The notes beneath the pieces are model-generated. The model was given only the letters and a program-made list of their open reading frames with translations. It was not told the DNA's origin and made no database searches. A stretch of DNA of 64,000 nucleotides. Source: Bacteroidota bacterium. Lineage in GTDB: Bacteria; Bacteroidota; Bacteroidia; UBA8524. The stretch spans positions 52,147 to 116,146 of the forward strand of contig WGMZ01000031.1 in NCBI GenBank assembly GCA_016124735.1, given 5' to 3'. This document shows, in pieces, positions 1 to 9,949 of this stretch (its first letter is position 1; each line of letters begins with the position of its first letter). A program made the translations under genes and the position numbers.

Positions 1-62
1 ATGCCCCGAAATTCAAAAAAAGGAAGAAGCCAAATTTGGGCATTTTAGAATCACTACGACAA

Positions 63-164
63 TACACGTATGCGAGTTGCGAATATTGCAACAAAAATGA
101 CTAACACCCGTTAGAAAGTTGCAATATTTGCAAAAACTTTTTTTTCAGTTGCAATATTCGCCAT
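63..164. promoter_or_regulatory. Three copies of a near-palindromic motif GTTGC(G)AATATT(T/C)GC at 76-92, 119-133 and 148-163, upstream of the CDS at 218. Candidate operator array.
   Basis: Direct reading shows GTTGCGAATATTGCAAC, GTTGCAATATTTGCAA and GTTGCAATATTCGCCA, each with dyad symmetry around AATATT. They are spaced about 43 and 29 bp apart, within 150 bp of a start codon. Confidence 0.4.
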
Positions 165-217
165 AGATTTTCTGAAAAGCTGCCGGAATTTTGAACCTGT
201 AACCAACAAGTCCGGCT

Positions 218-580
218 ATGAAAACACTATTCCAACTTATTTTGATTAGCGCGGTTTTGATTATCCTAATAGATATCAGTTCCTGTACGCAATCGAAACA
301 CAACGCAAACGACCGTCGTTATGAAGGTCAATTAATCGACATCAACACGCGACAACCTATTAAAAATGTCGCCGTACGTATGACCGATGAAAAAGGATCT
401 ATTGCACAAATTGTTCGCAGTGATGCCAATGGCAACTTTCAATTCGCAATTCAAGAACCCGAGAACCACGATTACTCCCTTTATATTAATGTAGATGAAT
501 TTCAGATTGTAAATCCAAACGTTCGTCTTCAGACAAATGAGAACCAAACCTGGTATTTGGTTCCCTCAGGACAACCCTGA
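218..580 (+). CDS. Small lipoprotein with a carboxypeptidase-regulatory-like (CarbopepD_reg-type) beta-sandwich domain
   Basis: The N-terminus MKTLFQLILISAVLIILIDISSC is a signal peptide with a lipobox Cys. The motif NVAVRMTDEKGSIAQIVRSDANGNFQF resembles CarbopepD_reg-like domains. Confidence 0.5.
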   Translation: MKTLFQLILISAVLIILIDISSCTQSKHNANDRRYEGQLIDINTRQPIKNVAVRMTDEKGSIAQIVRSDANGNFQFAIQEPENHDYSLYINVDEFQIVNPNVRLQTNENQTWYLVPSGQP

Positions 581-603
581 TCAAAGTTCTTTATCTCCCC
601 CGA

Positions 604-655
604 TAACAAGAAGCGCCTGCCCTCTCTCCCTTATGGGTGGGCGTCTTCTTTTCTG
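604..655 (+). terminator. Putative rho-independent terminator after the 218..580 CDS
   Basis: AAGAAGCGCCTGCCC ... GGGTGGGCGTCTTCTTTTCT forms an imperfect GC-rich stem followed by a T-run. Confidence 0.3.
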
Positions 656-1249
656 GCCGCGGTCATACCATACCACAACCTAAGAACCCAACGCCATGAA
701 AACAATAACAAGCTCCGAATTAAACACACCAATTTGCTACAGCAGCAAAAAGGTAACGCGCACCAGTTCAATCAATGAACAGACTGGCCTTCCTCAATTA
801 GACGGCCTTATAAATCGTATACTCCACATTAATAAGAGAAAATCGGTCTTTACAAGATTCTTTGTTTCAGGGACATTAATACGTCATCAATTTAAGAGTT
901 GTTTCAAATCGAAGGGGCATCAGATGAATCACTTCCTAATGTATCAGGATATATTCCACTTTTTAAATACACAATATTTAAAATATAGGTACTACAGTCA
1001 AATCAATGTCAAAAGAAAGAAAATAAATCGATATTTATTTTATATATCAAATAACCCGATTAAACTTTGAATAGTCTTTAGCGAGGCAATATCTATGAAC
1101 CTAAGATAAATATATACTATTCCAACTACGAACCTGCCACCGGCCTTTACAAGCCGGTGGCTTTAAAGAAGACAAAAACACGTATTAACAGCTTAAACAA
1201 TCTGCACAATATGAATTAAATCAAATATAAACTTATAAATCCCACAACT

Positions 1250-4200
1250 ATGAACCACGAATTTATTAAAAGAAGATTACTGCTACTCAGTGTAATTATC
1301 TATCAGACCATTTCATCTCCCATTTATTCCCAGGACATGGTGACTGCCTTCAGGCTACCATTTTCTCAATTGGATTCGACTAAGATACCTACAAACCTGA
1401 TCGATCTGAGTCCAAATTTCTCCAACCTGGATCAATACGCATCAACCAATGATACAGTCTTGTTGAATCGGGCGGACTTCTTTCAATGTGTACTCGACCT
1501 AAATAACGCAAGCCTGTTGAACTCAAGTCAAAACAGAGTATTGGACATTGACAGCGTTATCAACTCAACCAGTGCTATGATTGCTCAGAACCAACATCCT
1601 GTGGCATTTGTAGTCGATAAGATATCCATGATTCCGGATACCGTATTTACCAACTCATCATTGACCTACGACAGTTCTACAAACCGAATCATTGATAATG
1701 GATTTAACTACCAATTCCAGGAAAAGGAAATCGTTCTGGCCTCTGTATTGAACCCAATGATTACCAATGACACCCTGCATCTAAGCTTCAGCGGTGGCCT
1801 TAGTGCCAATTCGAATCTTATCAATGCAATTAATGTCCAAGTCAGTCAGGCGAATTATAGCTCCAATACCAGTATCGGCAATACCCTGGTGATTCCATTG
1901 AACTTGTCGGCCAATGTTACGGATGTTGATTTGTTAGTTACTGTTGTTACCGAAACTGGTAAATATTACCGGAAAATTCAGTTCAAAAGACAAGTTCCGG
2001 TAAGCAAACCTGATGTGACTATTAATAATCCCTTTGTAAGTGCAACATGCGAACTGAACGCTCCTTACGGTTACGGAGAGGCTCAGGCCAATGTTTTGTG
2101 GTCAGACCCTCAAAAAGGAAAAATAACCAAACCTGTAATAATCGTTGAAGGATATGATCCCAGTCCTATTCCTTATGGAGCAATCAACTGGGCTACTTTG
2201 CAGACAGGAATGTCGTACAATGAAGATGGAAAATCCGTTTATCCTCAGCTAAAAGAATTCCCTCAACTTATTTCATCTTTAACCAACAATGGATATGATA
2301 TTATATATATAAATTTTAAAAACAGTTCAGAAAGGATTGAGAAAAATGCAGCTATTCTCGCAAAATTTATACAGTATATAAAATGGATTACACAAAGTGA
2401 TGAAGAAATTACATTAATGGCCGCCTCAATGGGTGGATTAATTTCTCAAACTGCATTGAATATATTAAAATCATCGAATTGCCCGGTATGTGTCAAATCA
2501 TACTTTTCATTCGATGCACCCTATCATGGAGCATATGTACCCGATATGGTTCAAGCCTTCGTCAAATTTTCCTATGAAGCTTTATACTCTTCCCGGATTG
2601 ATTATGAGTTTAAGTTAAATACTTACTCAGCCAAGCAAATGCTCTATACCCATATTAATGACAATGGCGAGCGTGCCAGCTGGTTAAATTATTTCAGCAC
2701 ACTTGACAAACATATTGCAAGCAGTAATTACGCTATTCTATCGAGCACCAACGATGGTCAGACCTATGGTTTTAGCAATGGAGACATATTAGTGAAATGG
2801 CAAGGATGGACCAATGCTTTCAATATCAAGGTTATTGACATTACGGGATATGCGACCATGAGAAGCGACAATAAACTGGTCGACTTATTCTTCCCAAACA
2901 AGTTTTACAAAATACTCGGGCATGCAGTGCCTAGATCTTTCCTGAGTAAAACATTATACAATTCAAAGACACCTTCCTATTTCTATGAAAATGTACCCGG
3001 TAGCTCTTCCAATTATATTAACAATGTGCTTGTAAGTATGAATGCCAAGAAAAACTCATTCAATACTGGAGGGCTGGTGTCGTATGATGGACCAAAAGCT
3101 CCCAAAGGCATAAAACACTGTTTTGTTCCTTCGGTATCTGCACTCGATTATTATGACAGAAATCCACTTGCGAATCTCACAGGTGTATCTCCAAATGAAG
3201 CGAGTAATGATCATCCCTTTGATGGAATATATTTTGAACCTTCACAAAATTTGCAGCATGTAACCATCAACACGGGTAATATTAATTATCTGATTGATCA
3301 CATCTCAGATGGTAGCCAAAACACTCCGGCAACTTTGCCATTGAGCCCATTTACTTATTTCAACCATGCTTCCGGTCCAAATATGGAGTTAAATAGCTGC
3401 GCTATTTACGGTACCGGTGTGCTTGCGATTAATGAATTCCAGCTTTCCAACTTTGGAAATTTAAATACCGATCACTTTCCAACATCGCAAAAAGCCATGG
3501 TACGTACCGGAAATTGCGAAGATGCACATATAGAATGTTATGCCAACGGGAAATTTATTATTGGAGGTACAAATCCAAGCAATCAATTCTATAAAGCTGA
3601 TGTCATTTTCCGTAGCGGTAGTTCATTGGAAATTTTTGCGGATGGGGAATTGTTCATTCGGGATGGATCAAGCCTGATTATTGAAGAAGGAGCCACCTTA
3701 ATTTACCATAAAGGAGCTAAAATCCACCTGGAAGGTGAGTCGTCAAATATTGATTTACGAGGCATCCTTGAAATTGAAGATGGAGCCGTTTTCACATTTG
3801 ATAAGGGCACAGCGAGCAGGGGTGGATTTTTACGCGTACAATTTGGACATAATACCAGCGACCATATCCATACACTCGGTCCAAATTGTAAGATTCTATT
3901 GCAGGGTGACATTTCTTTCCGCGATAAAGTTCTGGTGATAGGTGCGTATACCGACTGGGTATTGCCTTCTAACATTTATGGAGCTTTTCCGGAATTGCAA
4001 GAGTTCCGGGTTGAAAATGCTTGGGTAGAATTCGAAAATGAAGGTACCCTGAATGGTGCCTGTCCCATCTATCTGGACAGAGCCACTTTCCAACAAAATA
4101 CAGCTGGCACAGGAACCGGACTTATGCTGCATGGGCAGTCTAACCTGACAATTTCCAACAGCACATTCAACAATTTCAGAATTGGCCTAAAGGCATATAA

Positions 4201-5260
4201 CAATGACCTCCAACATGATCTGAGCATTCAGAATAATCGCTTTTTCCAATGTGAAGAAGGGATTCACGTGATTGGTCAAAGTTTCAACGCTACTCAAGGG
4301 ACTCTTTCAAATTGTGGAACAGGCATAATTATCGATGCAGGAATGAATTCTACAATCGACGGAGTTGAATTTATATACAATAATGTTGGATTTGAGCCAT
4401 TGAATTTCAACAATCATGTTCGCTTTCAGGGAGCGTGGTTTTACCACAATGAAACCGGTATTGAAGACTTGTTAGAAACACCCATTACTCTGGAATGTAC
4501 ACCATTTGAATACAACACAATTGGAATCCATAGCAACGGAAAAATCAATATGAGTCCAAGCTACAGGTTCCCTGGACAAACTCTTGGAGGAGGAAACAAT
4601 ACCTTCTTCAATAATATTGACAAAGCCATTCTGCTTGACATTACTGAAATCCATCTCTCGGGAGGCGAAAACAATTTCATGACCAGTAATCAGCCTGTTC
4701 CATTTTATATAATGGGGACACTCATCTCCACACCAATATATATCCCGAATAATCTCCTGGATGTGTCAGGAAACTACTTTGATAACATCGGTGTCGGGGG
4801 AATATCTGGCGCAAGCGGTCAACTTTATCTTTTGTTTTCTTACGGTGGCGCATCCACAACGGGAGCACCGGTTCTTCTGAATGGGATTTTATTGAACAGC
4901 ATGAATACTCAGTGTTTTAACTTCCCAAGAATCTACCCCGATTTCAAATCTGAAGTTAGCTATACGCCTCCGGTATATTCTTTTGGCGAAAATTCAGCAC
5001 TGTCCAATGCGAAGGTGTATCCAAATCCAACTAAGGATTACATAGACTTAAAAATCAAAGCTCAGAAATACGAGTCGTATACCGTGCATATTTATGACCT
5101 GCAAGGAAAGGAAATCTATTCTGAAGAATTCGAGGTAAGTAGCGAATTGAATCAGAAAAGAATTCATCTGAAATCTTTGATGAAGCCTGGAATCTATTTC
5201 GTGAAATTAAGCAGTCGTTCTGGTGAAGACAAAACGTTTAAAATCAACTTGAATTATTAG
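1250..5260 (+). CDS. Large secreted multidomain protein: N-terminal alpha/beta-hydrolase (PGAP1/lipase-like) region, right-handed parallel beta-helix (pectate-lyase/NosD-like) repeats, and a T9SS C-terminal sorting domain
   Basis: The ORF is 1336 aa with a signal peptide. The nucleophile-elbow-like AASMGG follows VIIVEGYDPSP. A Gly/Asn-rich repeat runs roughly from TISNSTFNNFRIGLKAYNN to FIYNNVGF. The C-terminus (KVYPNPTKDYIDLKI ... GIYFVKL ... KINLNY) is typical of Por/T9SS CTDs. Confidence 0.75.
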   Translation: MNHEFIKRRLLLLSVIIYQTISSPIYSQDMVTAFRLPFSQLDSTKIPTNLIDLSPNFSNLDQYASTNDTVLLNRADFFQCVLDLNNASLLNSSQNRVLDIDSVINSTSAMIAQNQHPVAFVVDKISMIPDTVFTNSSLTYDSSTNRIIDNGFNYQFQEKEIVLASVLNPMITNDTLHLSFSGGLSANSNLINAINVQVSQANYSSNTSIGNTLVIPLNLSANVTDVDLLVTVVTETGKYYRKIQFKRQVPVSKPDVTINNPFVSATCELNAPYGYGEAQANVLWSDPQKGKITKPVIIVEGYDPSPIPYGAINWATLQTGMSYNEDGKSVYPQLKEFPQLISSLTNNGYDIIYINFKNSSERIEKNAAILAKFIQYIKWITQSDEEITLMAASMGGLISQTALNILKSSNCPVCVKSYFSFDAPYHGAYVPDMVQAFVKFSYEALYSSRIDYEFKLNTYSAKQMLYTHINDNGERASWLNYFSTLDKHIASSNYAILSSTNDGQTYGFSNGDILVKWQGWTNAFNIKVIDITGYATMRSDNKLVDLFFPNKFYKILGHAVPRSFLSKTLYNSKTPSYFYENVPGSSSNYINNVLVSMNAKKNSFNTGGLVSYDGPKAPKGIKHCFVPSVSALDYYDRNPLANLTGVSPNEASNDHPFDGIYFEPSQNLQHVTINTGNINYLIDHISDGSQNTPATLPLSPFTYFNHASGPNMELNSCAIYGTGVLAINEFQLSNFGNLNTDHFPTSQKAMVRTGNCEDAHIECYANGKFIIGGTNPSNQFYKADVIFRSGSSLEIFADGELFIRDGSSLIIEEGATLIYHKGAKIHLEGESSNIDLRGILEIEDGAVFTFDKGTASRGGFLRVQFGHNTSDHIHTLGPNCKILLQGDISFRDKVLVIGAYTDWVLPSNIYGAFPELQEFRVENAWVEFENEGTLNGACPIYLDRATFQQNTAGTGTGLMLHGQSNLTISNSTFNNFRIGLKAYNNDLQHDLSIQNNRFFQCEEGIHVIGQSFNATQGTLSNCGTGIIIDAGMNSTIDGVEFIYNNVGFEPLNFNNHVRFQGAWFYHNETGIEDLLETPITLECTPFEYNTIGIHSNGKINMSPSYRFPGQTLGGGNNTFFNNIDKAILLDITEIHLSGGENNFMTSNQPVPFYIMGTLISTPIYIPNNLLDVSGNYFDNIGVGGISGASGQLYLLFSYGGASTTGAPVLLNGILLNSMNTQCFNFPRIYPDFKSEVSYTPPVYSFGENSALSNAKVYPNPTKDYIDLKIKAQKYESYTVHIYDLQGKEIYSEEFEVSSELNQKRIHLKSLMKPGIYFVKLSSRSGEDKTFKINLNY

Positions 5261-5265
5261 AAATA

Positions 5266-5295
5266 CGCAACAAGGATGGACTTCGGTTCATCCTT
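5266..5295. terminator. Hairpin between convergent genes, a putative bidirectional terminator
   Basis: ACAAGGATGGACTTCGGTTCATCCTTGT forms a perfect stem with a short loop, located between the stop of the 1250..5260(+) CDS and the stop of the 5298..5552(-) CDS. Confidence 0.45.
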
Positions 5296-5297
5296 GT

Positions 5298-5552
5298 TTA
5301 ATCAATCGAACCATGGTAGCTCTTCAATTTCCCCACCACTTCCATCCGTGTAAAGACCTCCGCGGTATGCGGTGCATCTTTCAATTCGGGAGTGAGATCC
5401 TGACCGGCCCAATGTTCGTAATGTTTTCCGTTTCTCCACAATCGGCTGTGCGTCACATCGTAGATAAGTCCACGATAGGCGATCCAAATCTCGGGACGGT
5501 CTTGTCCGTTCCGAAGGGCCAGCTGAGACAAATTGAATTCGATAAGCTCCAT
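5298..5552 (-). CDS. Cytochrome b5-like heme/steroid-binding domain protein
   Basis: An 84-aa protein carries the pattern LALRNGQDRPEIWIAYRGLIYDVTHSRLWRNGKHYEHWAGQDLT, which is characteristic of small bacterial cytochrome b5-domain proteins. The overlapping ORFs in other frames are rejected. Confidence 0.55.
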   Translation of the reverse strand: MELIEFNLSQLALRNGQDRPEIWIAYRGLIYDVTHSRLWRNGKHYEHWAGQDLTPELKDAPHTAEVFTRMEVVGKLKSYHGSID

Positions 5553-5594
5553 GCTGTCGCAATACTAAAGAAAAAGCCACATTGAATGTAACCT

Positions 5595-6722
5595 ATGAAA
5601 GCGAAAGGATTCTTTATACTTCTTCTTGTATTCACCTGCGCATGCTTTAGTTGGTGGATTATTCAGCTGGAACGCCTAAACCGACAAAAACTTGAGGCTC
5701 AGGAACGTCTGATCTACCATCAGGTCGAAATGGCGCAAAATCAGCTTTTTTGGATGAGCCAGCATGATTCAGGCGCAAATTCATTCGGACCGGTGCGTGT
5801 CGGAGAACATGATTTATTTATTACCAACGCATTATGGGAGCGCCTTCAAAACAGCTTTCCTAATCTGAATTTCCATCTGGAGAATCGTTTTCTCCAAATC
5901 GAACCCAAAGCTCAGGCGCTTTCTGCTTTGAAGCAGGAGAATCAAGATTTCGGAGTTCAATTGTTGGTAGAAAGCGGTATCTTTTTTCTTCTCTTGTCTG
6001 TAGGCTTTGTATGGATATACCGTGGATTGGTGCTGGTAATTAACATGAGTCAAAGCCAAAATTCTTTTCTCGTCTCGATTACACATGAACTGAAAACTCC
6101 CATTGCCACCAATCGCCTATTGTTTGAAACACTGCTTCGTTATCAGGTGAAAGGAAAAGAGTTAGAGTCACTGGCACAATCCGGGATTAAAGGCTGTGAA
6201 CATGAGCTCGAACTGGTTGAATCCCTATTAATGGCCGCTCATCTGGAAGACAAAAATTACCATTTTCCAAAAGAAGTGATTAATCTGAGTGCCTGGCTGC
6301 AAAATGAAATGAATAAGCTCGAAAAATTATACCACCATAAAATTCAATTGAATTGCCAGATTGAACCTGATTTATTTCTCGAGGCGGAACAAAACTCTCT
6401 AAGTCTATCCCTACGAAACCTGGTATCCAACGCCTGGAAGTATTCCGATGAAAAGGGTACTGTGGAAGTAATTTTAAAAGAAACAGAAGAGGGCATCCTT
6501 TTGCAGGTTGGCGACGAAGGACAGGGAGTGGATGACCAGGATAAAAAGAAAATATTCACCAAATTTTATAGAAGTGCCAAGGCCAAATCCCAGGCAAAAC
6601 AAGGAACCGGACTGGGATTATTTATTGTGGCAGAGACCATTCGGCGCCTGAATGGGAAGATTTGGGTAGAAGACCGGATTCCAATGGGGAGCATGTTTAA
6701 CCTTTTATTAAAACCCTTATGA
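5595..6722 (+). CDS. Sensor histidine kinase (two-component system)
   Basis: Two N-terminal TM segments are followed by the H-box SITHELKTPIATN and by HATPase N/G boxes (NAWKYSD, GTGLGLFIV). The gene is translationally coupled (ATGA overlap) to the downstream regulator. Confidence 0.8.
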   Translation: MKAKGFFILLLVFTCACFSWWIIQLERLNRQKLEAQERLIYHQVEMAQNQLFWMSQHDSGANSFGPVRVGEHDLFITNALWERLQNSFPNLNFHLENRFLQIEPKAQALSALKQENQDFGVQLLVESGIFFLLLSVGFVWIYRGLVLVINMSQSQNSFLVSITHELKTPIATNRLLFETLLRYQVKGKELESLAQSGIKGCEHELELVESLLMAAHLEDKNYHFPKEVINLSAWLQNEMNKLEKLYHHKIQLNCQIEPDLFLEAEQNSLSLSLRNLVSNAWKYSDEKGTVEVILKETEEGILLQVGDEGQGVDDQDKKKIFTKFYRSAKAKSQAKQGTGLGLFIVAETIRRLNGKIWVEDRIPMGSMFNLLLKPL

Positions 6723-7432
6723 AACCACGTATTTTATTGATGGAAGACAAAGCTGAATTTCGTGCGACTTTAGCCATGAATTTGCAGCTTGAAGGCTATG
6801 TAGTTAAAGAAGCGTCTGATGGAAGAGAAGCATTGGAGATTTTCGACTCTGAGCATTTCGATCTTTGTATTCTAGATGTGATGGTTCCCGAAATAAGCGG
6901 GCATCAGGTCTGTGAGAGAATTCGTCTGAAGGAGGAAAAGCTTCCCATCATTTTTCTATCAGCGATGACCATGACACAGGACCGGATAAACGGGTTGAAA
7001 TGCGGAGCCGATGATTACGTTGTCAAACCCTTTCATCTGGAAGAATTGCTCTTAAAAGTAGAGCGTCATCTTCGCAAAGGAATATGGATGGAGAACCCTC
7101 AAAGCTCTTATAGCAGTGACGAGAAACAATTCTTCTTTGGTGAAAACGAAGTCAATTTTGACACCTATGAAGGCCAAGGCGCTCAGGGAACTTTTACACT
7201 TACAAAGAAAGAAGCCGATCTTTTGAAGCTATTTTTCGATCACCCGAATGAAATTCTTTCGAGGGAAAGAATATTGCATACCGTTTGGGGCTACAATGTC
7301 TATCCACACTCCCGCAGTGTAGACAATTTTGTGCTTTTTCTACGACAGAAATTTGAACACGATACGAAGAATCCTCTCTTTTTCCGCTCTGTAAGAGGTG
7401 CTGGTTACCGATTCACTCCTGACGGAGCTTAA
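6719..7432 (+). CDS. OmpR-family response regulator (receiver plus winged-helix DNA-binding domain)
   Basis: The receiver domain shows a D54-like site in LCILDVMVP and a K in VVKPF. The C-terminal trans_reg_C shows VWGY ... RSVDNFV ... LRQK ... RGAGYRF. Confidence 0.85.
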   Translation: MKPRILLMEDKAEFRATLAMNLQLEGYVVKEASDGREALEIFDSEHFDLCILDVMVPEISGHQVCERIRLKEEKLPIIFLSAMTMTQDRINGLKCGADDYVVKPFHLEELLLKVERHLRKGIWMENPQSSYSSDEKQFFFGENEVNFDTYEGQGAQGTFTLTKKEADLLKLFFDHPNEILSRERILHTVWGYNVYPHSRSVDNFVLFLRQKFEHDTKNPLFFRSVRGAGYRFTPDGA

Positions 7433-7462
7433 TAAGCTTCGGCTACAGGCCGGCCTACTTTT

Positions 7463-9904
7463 TTGAACCAAACATACAATCCCATGAAATCCAAGCTTCA
7501 ATCTTTTGGAATGGGCATGTTATGCCTGTTCTTTTGCTCTTCCAGTCATGCCCAAATCAGCATAAACTCATTTGGAAATTCAGGAGCTTATTCCCAGAAT
7601 TTCAATTCGCTCGACAGCAGCACCGCAACTTCTCCCTGGACCAATGATTCTACCCTGAATGCCTGGTATTGCAACGTGTCTTACTACACGGGAAACAGTG
7701 GAACGATTGCCACGGGTGGACTATACAGTTTTGGAAATGATGCGGACAGGGCACTGGGCAGTATTGCCTCTTCATCCTTGGATTTGATTCAATATGGGGT
7801 GCGAATTAAAAACAATACCGGCAGCGATGTAGATCGAGTCTATCTTCGATTTACAGGAGAACAGTGGAGACATGGAAACAGTGCGGCGGGTCTTCAATCT
7901 ATGCGAATCGCTTATGCCGTTGCCGATTCATTTACCGGATTACCCGGTAGCACAAATGAATGGAGCCCTCTTCAATTTTGGTCACCGCAGTATGGTCAAT
8001 CGGGGACATCCTTAGATGGGAACCTGGCCTCAAATCAGATGATTGTAGCAGGAGCAATGGCGGTTGACCTAAGCGACGGCAAGGAGCTTTTTATTCTATG
8101 GAGTGATACAAACAATTCCGGTTTCGATCACGCACTTGCCATCGACGACATCCTGATTGCATTTTATAGCGGGGTTTCCGACTTGCCAGTGATTGGATCG
8201 ATTGGGAAATACTATTCCGACACCGAAATGATACTTCCGGCGGATTTATTGATTGATTCACTTTGTTTCCTGGATTCGAATGGAGTATTAGGGGTCGGAA
8301 GTCACCAATTAACCTTATCCGGAGACATTTACGGTGAAGGAACCTATAAATCCAACAAATCATCCAAACTCAAAATGACAGGTAATGGTTTCTCGAATCC
8401 ATTTTATTCCAATCACGATTATGCTGACAGTACGAATCGCTTTGCGGGTCTTGAAGTGAATTTCAATCTTGCTGGCGACACATTTGAATTGGGTAACGAA
8501 CTTCAGGTATCAGGAGTTGTTGCTGCGGTTTCGGGGGAAATTGTCACCAGGGGAAGTCTACTTCTGGTGGCCGAAGATGAAACCACCTATGGGCAAATTA
8601 CCGGAAACGGAAACATTACAGGATTTGTCTCAATGGAAATGCTGGTGCCTGGAAACTCTCCAGGCTGGCGAAATATCTGCGTTCCTTTCGATACGGTTAC
8701 GGCAGGACAATTAGGGAATGAAGTGATTCTGGCAACTTCAAATGGCAGTACCATTGGTGGCATAGCCTATCAGCAGAATTTATTTTCCTGGTCTGAGAAT
8801 TCTGCTACCTGGAATGTGTTTTCCAGTGCTTCAACTTCGCTCTATGGAAAGGGCATGAACATGTATCTATACAATCCGGATAACACACGAATAAAGCTTG
8901 CTGGTCTTTACCAAAACAGCAGTTTGAATCTAGGCACTTTAAGTAAAACAGGATCAGTTTCGAATGTCAGCGGTTGGCATCTGGTTCCCAACCCATTTCC
9001 ATCTGGTATAAATTGGGACAGCCTCAGCAAGCCAGCAAGCTTGTCTGGAAGCTATTCACTCTGGAGCACTGCAGACGGAGGATATCGAAGCTGGAATGGA
9101 ACGGTTGGGGATGCTGGTTCGTTTATACCACCTATGCATGCATTTTGGGTTTACGCCAGCAGTACGCTTTCGAGTGATTTTATAATCTCATCTTCTTCCC
9201 GAACTACTGAAAAGCAAAATCATTTTGGAAAAAATGAGGGAGAAAGAAACTGCATTGAGCTCGAAGTGAAAGCGCCTTATGGAACATATAGAGATCAAGT
9301 AATTTTATATCAGGATAACAGCACACATCCATTAAAAAGCTCCATTACTGAAAAAAGGTTTGGCTTGGATGAGGCCCCCAATATTTGGTTTGTTCAGGAA
9401 CAGGTGAATGCCGGTATACTTCCTGTACCGGATTCCCTGCTTCCCGGTGATTATCCCTTAGGATTCTATTCTTCTATCTCAGGAAAATTCCGTGTAGCAA
9501 GCACGATGCTCAACTGGGATCCACTCTATGAGGCCTGGCTTATTGATAAGAAAAACCAGCTTAGACATCGACTGGATTCCGGAGACTTTACCTTCACATA
9601 TACGAACGGAGAAGCCAAAACCGATCGATTTGTTTTGCGAATTGAAAAAAGTATTACTACTTCATTGTCCAAGCCTGATGTACCTGAAGTGTATCTGTAT
9701 TCGGCCAATGGCAATCTTTACCTGATTTCAGGGTATTCGAATTATCACTACAAACTGTTTGGTATCAGCGGAAAACTGATGGCAGAAGGTCGTTCGGAAT
9801 CCAAAGAAACAATTATGAAAGGAATTGAACCCGGCATCTACTTTATTGAATGGTCAACGGCCACTCAAAGCGGAACTATTAAGTGCGTGCATCATCCGTA
9901 TTAA
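7463..9904 (+). CDS. Secreted hypothetical protein with a T9SS C-terminal sorting domain
   Basis: This 813-aa protein has a signal peptide (MGMLCLFFCSSSHAQ). Its C-terminal about 80 aa (YLYSANGNLYLIS ... GIYFIEW ... TIKCVHHPY) resembles a T9SS CTD. No catalytic domain was recognised. Confidence 0.6.
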   Translation: MNQTYNPMKSKLQSFGMGMLCLFFCSSSHAQISINSFGNSGAYSQNFNSLDSSTATSPWTNDSTLNAWYCNVSYYTGNSGTIATGGLYSFGNDADRALGSIASSSLDLIQYGVRIKNNTGSDVDRVYLRFTGEQWRHGNSAAGLQSMRIAYAVADSFTGLPGSTNEWSPLQFWSPQYGQSGTSLDGNLASNQMIVAGAMAVDLSDGKELFILWSDTNNSGFDHALAIDDILIAFYSGVSDLPVIGSIGKYYSDTEMILPADLLIDSLCFLDSNGVLGVGSHQLTLSGDIYGEGTYKSNKSSKLKMTGNGFSNPFYSNHDYADSTNRFAGLEVNFNLAGDTFELGNELQVSGVVAAVSGEIVTRGSLLLVAEDETTYGQITGNGNITGFVSMEMLVPGNSPGWRNICVPFDTVTAGQLGNEVILATSNGSTIGGIAYQQNLFSWSENSATWNVFSSASTSLYGKGMNMYLYNPDNTRIKLAGLYQNSSLNLGTLSKTGSVSNVSGWHLVPNPFPSGINWDSLSKPASLSGSYSLWSTADGGYRSWNGTVGDAGSFIPPMHAFWVYASSTLSSDFIISSSSRTTEKQNHFGKNEGERNCIELEVKAPYGTYRDQVILYQDNSTHPLKSSITEKRFGLDEAPNIWFVQEQVNAGILPVPDSLLPGDYPLGFYSSISGKFRVASTMLNWDPLYEAWLIDKKNQLRHRLDSGDFTFTYTNGEAKTDRFVLRIEKSITTSLSKPDVPEVYLYSANGNLYLISGYSNYHYKLFGISGKLMAEGRSESKETIMKGIEPGIYFIEWSTATQSGTIKCVHHPY

Positions 9905-9949
9905 TTCTGCCCACGGCAAGTAATCTACGTTTGACCAATTTCCTTACAT

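Noticed and set aside
696-1070. A 124-aa ORF in the 670-bp intergenic region upstream of the large T9SS gene
   Set aside because: Its composition is low-complexity and Lys/Asn/Tyr-rich and contains a Cys, which is atypical for a secreted protein. No domain signature is present and it lies in an AT-rich leader region. It is more likely a non-coding promoter region. The perfect hairpin CCACCGGC ... GCCGGTGG at 1134-1157 may be a regulatory RNA element instead.
5302-5585. Overlapping 90-92 aa ORFs on both strands around the cytochrome b5-like gene
   Set aside because: Only the 84-aa minus-strand frame matches a known fold pattern (the b5-like heme-binding motif). The others are frame-shifted shadows.
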